Source: Adineta vaga (lineage: Eukaryota > Animalia > Rotifera). Taken from it: a stretch of DNA of 64,000 nt. Position numbers and translations under genes: made by a program. Location: positions 13,888,001 through 13,952,000 of the forward strand of contig CP075495.1 in assembly GCA_021613535.1 (NCBI GenBank), in the 5' to 3' direction. The notes beneath the pieces are model-generated. The model did no database searches. It had not been told where the DNA came from and saw nothing but the letters and a program-made list of their open reading frames with translations. Positions 55,549 to 64,000 of this stretch are shown one piece after another (the stretch's first letter is position 1; the number at the start of each line of letters is the position of its first letter).

Positions 55549-58500
55549 TTATGAAAGATCCATGGTTGCACCACCATACATTTGTTGAAAACGAGTTTGT
55601 ACAGTATCGATTAGATTTTGAAAATGTTCCATCCATTGAATTTTATTTGTTAATGGTTTGAATTGTAATAATCCATAGATTAATAGTTGATGAACCATTT
55701 CAGCATTGTAAGAAGTTAATAAATCAAGAAGATAATTTTGAAAGAGATCAAGATCAATTTGATTAGGTTCATCACTTGATTCAATCCATTCACGTAACAT
55801 TAATTTTACATCATTCAATGATGTACAACCAGCAATACTTGGATGTTGTTTTTGTTGTTGTTCTCGATAATCTGTTTGAAGTTTAGACTCCGTTCGAATG
55901 ATCGGAACGATAGGTTCTTCATTTAAAATGGTTTCTGTACGCCATTTTTTAATAGGAATAGAAGTTTTCTTTGATACAGGTTGTTTTTGAGGAGAATTCA
56001 TCAAAACATTAAAAGCATTATTATTTTCTTTTGTTACTGAATTTGAAGGAATAGAAACAGGTATTAATCGTTTTCCACCAATTGGCGGATATCTTGATTC
56101 CATTTTGCGTAATTTTTGAGCCATGACTATTTCTCGACGCATTTCTGGTGGAAGTTCATTGAGTACAGCTTCATCGAGATGATCCATTACTTGTGTAAAA
56201 GATTTTTCAATAATTTCAGTTTGATTCGAATCAACATTTTGTTCATCGATCGGACGAGGACTTTTTAGATATTCTTCTAGTTCTTGACGAATTAGTTCAG
56301 GTAATTCATTCATTACATGAGGATCAATTTGTCCAGGAGTATAACAATCAAGTCGTGTCACTCTAAATGAAGGCAAAAAAAACAATAAAGATAATGTTGT
56401 TTATGGAAAAGAAAATAGAGGTATTTGAATTCTTACTTTTTTGGAATGACCGTTATTGTTGTTGATTCTTGCTGCATCGGTCGTTTTCTTGTTACAGAAC
56501 TTTCACTTGGTTCATCGTCATTATTTCGTTGATTCTCTGTTGTAGTGACTGGTTTTGGTATTCGAAATTGATTACATTCAAATAGAGTTCGATGTCCATT
56601 CATATCTTTTCCATTTGTAGTCTTCAATGTTGATTGTAATTGTGTCATACTAATTCCAATCTAAAGAGAAAGATCATCATCTCCTTCACAAAATCTCTTT
56701 ATGTTTCTTACACCACGGAGGTCTGCAACAATAAGATTCATCTGTTTCAATAATTTTATTGTTTCTAATTCAATATTTGTTGGATCATCGGTAACTGAAT
56801 GGAGATTAATTGATCGACTTGAATCATCCGTTCTTCCACAACCCATAAATTTCTCGGGTTCAATTGGAGCATTCGATGCTCGAACACGTATTTTCACTGT
56901 TAATTGTTTTCCCTTTTGTGTCGCTTGTTTCATACGTTTATGTAATTCCATTACTAATTGTTTAATAAATATTGTTAATTCATCAAATGTTTGAAAACGA
57001 ATACCATAATTAATATCAACTGAAATAGATTTCGGTGAATAATCTTTTGTTAAAATTCGTGCATCAATACCACGTGACATATCATAGATAGTTTGTCCTT
57101 GTTTTTTACCCAAAATCGTTTTTAATTGTTCAAGTGAACATAAATCTTGAATATGTTTACAAGTATCAATTGTAATTTGTGGAAATGTTTGCTGTAATTT
57201 ATCTAATATAGATGAACCAATTCCAGGTAGATCGATTAATTTTTGTTTAGAAATAAATTCTTGTTCATACCCTTTTTTAACATAAAATTCTCCATTAGGT
57301 TTGGCTTGTCGTGTTGCTAAACGAGCTAATAACATATTGGCACCTAAACCAGCTGAACAAGGACATTTTGTATTGATTTGTATTTCTTCACGTAATAATG
57401 AAACAAATGTTAATGGATGAAGTGGTTTTAGATATAAAAGTAAATCAGTAAGATCAACATATAATTCATCACAAGAAACAGCTTCAACTTCAAGTGTATA
57501 ACTTAATACCGTATCATAAAACTGATCAGATACTTCATGAAAACCTTCATAATCATACGGTAAACATAATAATTTTGCTTGATGTTGTCGACATAGTTCT
57601 TGAGCTCTACCTAAAATGAACTATTTCTTAACAATCGAAATGATATTATTCTCATACCTAAATACATTCCATTCTTAACTCCATATTGCCGTGCAGCATA
57701 ATTACAAGAAGCTAATTCTGATCGTGAATAAAATTGATGTTCATTCTATTGAAATAACAAACAAAAGAATTTTCTTTTTCTCATTGGTTTTCAACAAAAT
57801 ACGTACAGTTGTTGTTGACTTTTTTCCTTTGGAATGTGTAATAGCAATAGGTTGATCTCGCAATTCCGGTTGATGTCTTGTTGCAACTGATACAAAGAAA
57901 CAATCCATATCGATATGCATATAGATTTTATCTTTGTTCTCATCAGAAAATTGAAATAAATAATCACGTTCCGTTCGTTGAATTGTATTTTTTAATTCTT
58001 CACGTCGTTGTTCAATTCGACGGCGATGTTCAGGTTTTTGACGTAATTCTTGTACATAAACTTTCTTTGCCACAGCTGTAGATGATAAATAATGTAAACG
58101 AGAATGTTTAAGATATGTTTCTAGAAATTTCGGATGTTTTGCATCAAGTGCCGATAAATGATCATCATCTTCTGTACCAATTTCTTCCGTTTCTGATGAT
58201 GATGATGATGAATGATTTTCTTCATCATCACTATTCGGTACATTAAAATCTGATGTGATCAGTTTCATTGGCTCAACACGTTTAAAATTAAGTTCAGTTT
58301 GACCACGAGATCGTGTCATATCTTTGTACATTTCATAATCATGTGTAGACAAAAGTTTATTTTGTTTAATACTAAAAATTTCGACGAAAGAAATCAAAGA
58401 TTTTATGCAATCACTTTTTCTTTACCAATCAATAATCCATTGTGAATTAACAACTTTATCATTGGGTTTAAGTTTACGAATCTTTGCATATGGTAGATTA

Positions 58501-58900
58501 TTCGATATGAAATATGTTACTTTATCTTTGGAATAATAAGCATGATAAACACCACCATGTTCCATCATTAGTTTTTTTAATTCATCAGCTGGCGGTTCTA
58601 AAAACATTTCAAAAGAAATTATAAGAACGAAAGAATGAAATAGATATATCTTTTGTACCAGTATGTCCATCGACAAAGATAGAAATTCCATGAAAAATAT
58701 TACTTTTTCGTTCAAGTTGTTTAGCATTATTCGAACTATCTTTATCAAATTGTTCTTCTAATTTACGTTTTTTTGCCTGAATATTTATAATAAAACTTGA
58801 TTTTCAGATTGAAAATTTATAGAGATTAACTTACAGCCATATAACCACCAAATTCACCCCAACCATTATCACCACGATTACTATTACCTCGTCCAGTCAT
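55549..58900 (-). CDS. REV1: Y-family deoxycytidyl transferase REV1, multi-exon
   Basis: GWGEFGGYMAAKKRKLEEQF, BRCT domain, N-digit SRLH, MHIDMDCFFVSV, ASCNYAARQYGVKNGM, EAVSCDE, KSISVDINYGIRF, two UBM-like motifs and a C-terminal domain. Confidence 0.96.
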
Positions 58901-61900
58901 TCTTAAAACTAGTCTATTAACTTTAACTTCATCAAAACAATTGTGAAATACATTTTTGACAATCGTTATATTCATTCGAGTTTTTGAATAGATCAATCGA
59001 CAAGTAGTTTAGATAGATATCGCTAGAGAACATGACACACACACATATATATATATATATCCTATTAATTATCTTGTAAGTTTGAAAAACAGATTATTTT
59101 TATGTTTCATAATGAAACACTAACGATTTCATAGATCGTCAGTTAGCTAATAATGTTGTACTATTGTTTTCTTTCATATTAACAAATCCTAAGGGAATAT
59201 AATCAAAAATCAAAAATCAATTTGGTTTTTGTTATTGATTAATGAATAATCGAAATATTTATTGAAAATAAATCATTATAACTACGCAAGAAAAAAAGAA
59301 ATGGTTTTGTTTTTGTTATTGAAATTTCATTGGATTCTTATCTAATTAAATGAATCGATAATATTTATCTTAGATTAATTTTCATGATTATGACATTTAT
59401 ATCAATCCAAAAGAAAACCATAGCAGATGGAAGAACAAGAAAGTCTATGGACATATTTTTTGACATTGACATATCTACAAATATGAATGTAGTTTTTTTT
59501 TCTTCTCTTACCATTAATGATATATGTATGTATGTAGAAATAGATTTTCAATATCAATTGTCTCATTAGAGAAAGAGTTATGAATGTAATGAAAAGATTT
59601 GATTTGAGTATTCTCAAAGATTATTAAACAGATTTTATTATTCATCAAAATCATCATCAATGAATAGTTCATTTAACTAAATCTGATTATACTTGAATTT
59701 CTATGGAAACTTAAATAAAAATCAAGATAGAAGAGGAAAATATCATGAAAAATATTGCTTAAGAATCTTGAAAAGACAATCTGCTTTGTCATTTTACAAT
59801 GTACTTAAAGCATAATGAAGAACTTTGATGTTTCTTTTTGAGGATGTGTGAATGAAGTGCGTGAGACTATTTAGTTTTTTCAACATAAATATTTGACACA
59901 TTTCTTTTTTTTTCTATAAGAAAAAGAAGAAGAAAAAAGAATAACGTTCACATAAGAAAACTTGTCAGCATAGTGTGAACGGGATTAACGGTTTGCACGC
60001 ATCGTATCACATTACTAACGATTGAAATATTAACACATGCACATGCATCTGCTCTCTCTCTCTCTTTACTCACTATTCTCTCTGTTCGTTTCTCATTTAC
60101 TAACTTCCTAGAATTCTAACTATGAGAGAACACGCAGAAACGCTTTGCATTTCATCATTCTGAGAGAGAGGTAATCAGAGGACGGAGAGAAAGACATGCA
60201 CAGAATATTCTCCATGTCGTTCTCGACGACGAGTAGACAATGAATTTGGAGATGACGGTTAAAAGAGAAAGAAGATCGCAAAGAAATATCCGTATAGAAT
60301 AATAAATATTTGTATTTCCAATTCTTCTAGTTCTCTCTCTCTTTTGCATTCTTTTTTCATACTACAACACTCGACAACATCGTTCTTTCTTAACTCGGTC
60401 GCATGGCACTCCGATTCTGCATTTCTCGCCTTCAATATATTTTTCTCCTAGATCTATCTATCAGTTATTCTCGATAATAACAACATCAACAACAATACTA
60501 ACAACGACGACGAACGATTCGCTTTCTTTCTTTATTCCAAACAGAAGAATACACCTGTTCTTTCAACGGATTAATATGGTATGTAACAGAGTGACTTTTC
60601 TTTCGAAAGAAAGATTTATTTATGAGGAAAAAGAACGTCTAATATGTTTACATTAGAATAAACTAGTTGCTGACGAATGTTATACTAATTACATTGTATT
60701 TACATAGAGAACAAGAAAAATCTTATATTCTGATGAAAGATTTCTTTATCTTTTTCTATAATTGATAAATGAAGAGATTAATAAGAGTTCTTTATTTTTT
60801 GTTAGAAATAAAACGTAATTAACTGTAGACAATAAAGTTCTCGTTTTATACACCGGAAATTGAGCTTTGACGAACGAAAAATTTAAATAACAGAAAAGTT
60901 TCTTGTTGTCCTGACCAACTTTATCTATTATATGATCTTTACAGAAAATAACTCAAGATTGACATTTAGTTCCAATTCCCATATCGATCATATTGACGAC
61001 AAACAAATGTACATGATATTTTTGTATAATTCGAATCCTTTCAATCCGATGGTTAAGATATTCATTAATCCCAATTGTCTTGATGACCTTGTTTATTCTT
61101 TGACTGTTCTTAGAAATCGATTCGTTCGATTGTTATATCTATATATATTTGAAGTACATGATCGTAAACAAATAGAATTAAGACGATTTTTAGTTATCTT
61201 CAAAGTTTTGATCGATCCGTCTATAATTTCATTTTCTGGGTTGTTCTTTATGCTTTTTGCCTTATAACGTTGTCTTTTAATTCAAACGACCATAGATAAT
61301 CAGAAGTGTTTCTCAAGGATGAATCGATATGACTAACGGAAGAAGAAAAAGAGAGAGAGAGAGAGAAAGAAAGAGATAAGTAAATGTGCCCAGAAGCTTT
61401 GCGCATATGATCGATGAAAACGAACGAAAAGAATATTTTCCAAGATAGATACGTGTTAGAATATGATTTAATAAAACAAACTGACAAAAAACATCAAAAA
61501 GATATTTTCATGTCTTGACTAATTTATCTTTAATTAACTAACTGATTTTACTTTGACATGCAAGAATAACCTATTAATTGTTGATTTTTATCTACTTTTT
61601 TCGACGTTCTTCTCACACTTACATTTGATAATCAGTTGACGTGCAGAAGAAATATAGTAATATGATCAGAGAGAAGAAAAAAGAAAACAAATTTGTTTTC
61701 TGTTTTAGTGTAGATATAATTATCTTGAAATAGAGTGTGATGTGTGTGTGTTAATATGCGTGCACATTGAAATCACGCATTAGTAGTGATTACTTAGAGA
61801 GAGGAAAAAAACTAAACGGCAATTTATTGAAGAGTAGGAGGAGAAGAAGTAGGAACAGAATGTGTTTTATTCTTATTCTTAGACGTCATTTTATTTTAGT

Positions 61901-62205
61901 TTTTTGATAAATAGTCTAATGGATGTATAAAACAAAAAGAATTCTTAGTAAGTTCGAGAATAACTAAATATTTTCTTCTTCTATGCTTGATTGATTAACA
62001 AAAAAAACAAACAATGTATTTGTTGTCAATCAATTGAGTTCTATTTTGCCGAGAAAGAAAAGAAAAAGGACAAGGGAGAAATATATCGAATCTCATTTCT
62101 ATCAAAACAATCATCGAACGACTTATTTGATACAATTTCTTTGTTATTTCTTTTCTTTAGTTAATAAAACTATTAATTCAATGTTTGTAATCAAAAAATA
62201 TTCAA

Positions 62206-64000
62206 ATGGATTATGAAAAACTTGGTAACGGTGAACTTTATAAGACAACATTACTATCTGATGCTGTTCCATCTTTATCATCATCAACAGCAATTGGAAA
62301 TGTGATTAGTAATCCAATTGATGAATGCCAGATTTCTCCATTCTTCTCCTCAACAACTCGTGATAGTGGTTGTTATTCAAGTACTCCAGCAGAAGAATGG
62401 CATTTAATGCAACCACACCTGTCAATGGCAAACCATCATCAAAACAAACAAAAAGAGCAACAACAACAACAACAACAACAGGAAGGGCAATCATTATCAC
62501 ATTCGACTTATCCAACGTTAAGTCGTCGTTCATCAGAAAGTGAACCTTTTGATAAAGTGATTATCAATATAAGTGGTTTACGTTTTGAAGCACGTGCATC
62601 AACTTTACAACGTTTTCCGTGTACATTATTAGGTGATAAACAACGTCGTGCAGAGTTTTTCGATTATATGAATAATGAATATTTCTTTGAACGACATCGT
62701 TCATCCTTTGAAGCTATTCTTTATTTCTATCAAAGTGGTGGACGTTTAACGCGACCTGAAAATATTTCAGCGGAAATCTTCTTAGAAGAAATCAAATTTT
62801 TCGATCTTGGTATGTCAATTCATGTTTCGATAGAGTTGTCAAATTTTTCTAATCGAATTTGAGTCTTTCGTTAGATATGATCTTAATCGAATATACATAT
62901 TGATTAGAAGGAATTGTTTTCGTTCGTCAATGAAATGTACTTGAAGTTCAAAGAAGTTTTGTATTCAACAGAGAGAAGATCAAATTGAATTATGTTAAAA
63001 TTCGAAGAGAAAAAATTCACTTCTTGAAAATAATGAGTTTTGCTTGACAGATTTTCTCTTGATTATTAAAGAATATAGATTGTAAGGAAGTTTGATTTTA
63101 TTCTCTTGAAAACTAATGATGTTTCCCGTTCTTTCTTTGAAGAATAAATATAATCGGAAATAAAATTATGTAAGATATTTAGTTCTCTCTCTCTCTCTCT
63201 CTTCATCGGATATGAATAAATCTCCATAATTTATTGAAATGAATAATTACAAAATACTTCTTTTCTGTTTCTAGGTGATGAAATTCTTAAACGATATCGC
63301 AAACAAGAAGGTTATGTTGAAGAAATTCCTATTGAAAGACCAGCGAATACTTTTCAACGCAAAGTTTGGGAAGCATTTGAATGTCCGGAATCATCGAATA
63401 TTGCACGAGTAATTGCAATTGTATCAATCGTCATGATTGTTGTATCAATCGCCTCATTTATCATTGAAACACTTCCATCCATACGGAATGAAATGACAGC
63501 ACCAACAATCCTTGTACCTAGTAATACAAGTGAAACTGGACATGAAATTCGACATGGAGGAGAAACGAAATGTTTTTGGCTATTTTTTGCTATTGAAACA
63601 GTTTGTGTTACATGGTTCTGTTTCGAATTAGTCTGTCGATTTCTTGTTGCACCATCGAAATTTGCTTTTATCAAAAATGGACCAAATGTTATCGATGTGG
63701 TTTCAATTATTCCATATTTCTTACAATTAATCGGTCTGATTTATCAAAAGAAAGATAGTGGTGTATCAGGATTTTCATCGACATTAACTGTACTACGAAT
63801 TGTGCGACTTGTTCGTGTCTTTCGAATATTTAAATTATCACGACATTTCAAAGTAAGATACTATAAATAGAATCAATTATACATATATTTTCTAAGCATT
63901 ACTTGACAAATAAATTTGTTTTTTCTTCTAGGGTTTACAAGTCTTAGCATTGACCTTTCTAGCATCATGGAAAGAATTACTTCTTCTAATGTTTTTTCTC
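62206..64000 (+). CDS. Sh: Shaker (Kv1) voltage-gated K+ channel, 3' truncated by the window edge
   Basis: T1 domain [11 protein letters not shown]...TLLGD...[24 protein letters not shown] and S4 [23 protein letters not shown]. Confidence 0.93.

Overview
AT-rich, gene-dense eukaryotic (metazoan) genomic DNA with very short GT-AG introns, mostly about 50-60 nt. The intron sizes, composition and lineage-type F-box/leucine-rich genes suggest a bdelloid rotifer (inference). I reconstructed about 23 protein-coding genes by hand-splicing: eag K+ channel (5' partial), PKD2, SLC3A-like heavy chain, Rab11, EFCAB2/DRC8, an orphan ORF, TTC27, a Q-rich repeat protein, TBPL1/TRF2, a glycosyltransferase-like probable HGT gene, a 3-exon F-box/LRR-like gene with a nested antisense GPI-anchor-type gene, PIGA, Rab3, yurt/EPB41L5, an NCS-like EF-hand protein, an EB-module protein, a PLAC8 gene missed by the ORF track, a Zasp-like PDZ protein, METTL5, REV1 and Shaker (3' partial). 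The most notable observations are: (1) operon-like co-directional junctions with an unpaired splice acceptor just before the downstream ATG, best seen at PIGA to F-box with 38 nt between stop and start, suggesting SL trans-spliced polycistrons; (2) two 125-nt mutually exclusive exons in Rab3; (3) a foreign-looking glycosyltransferase with introns and a myristoylation motif; (4) a nested gene; (5) a PKD2 pore lacking the filter Asp; (6) an 18-nt micro-exon carrying half of an EF-hand loop. No rRNA, tRNA, CRISPR array or intact transposon was recognised.
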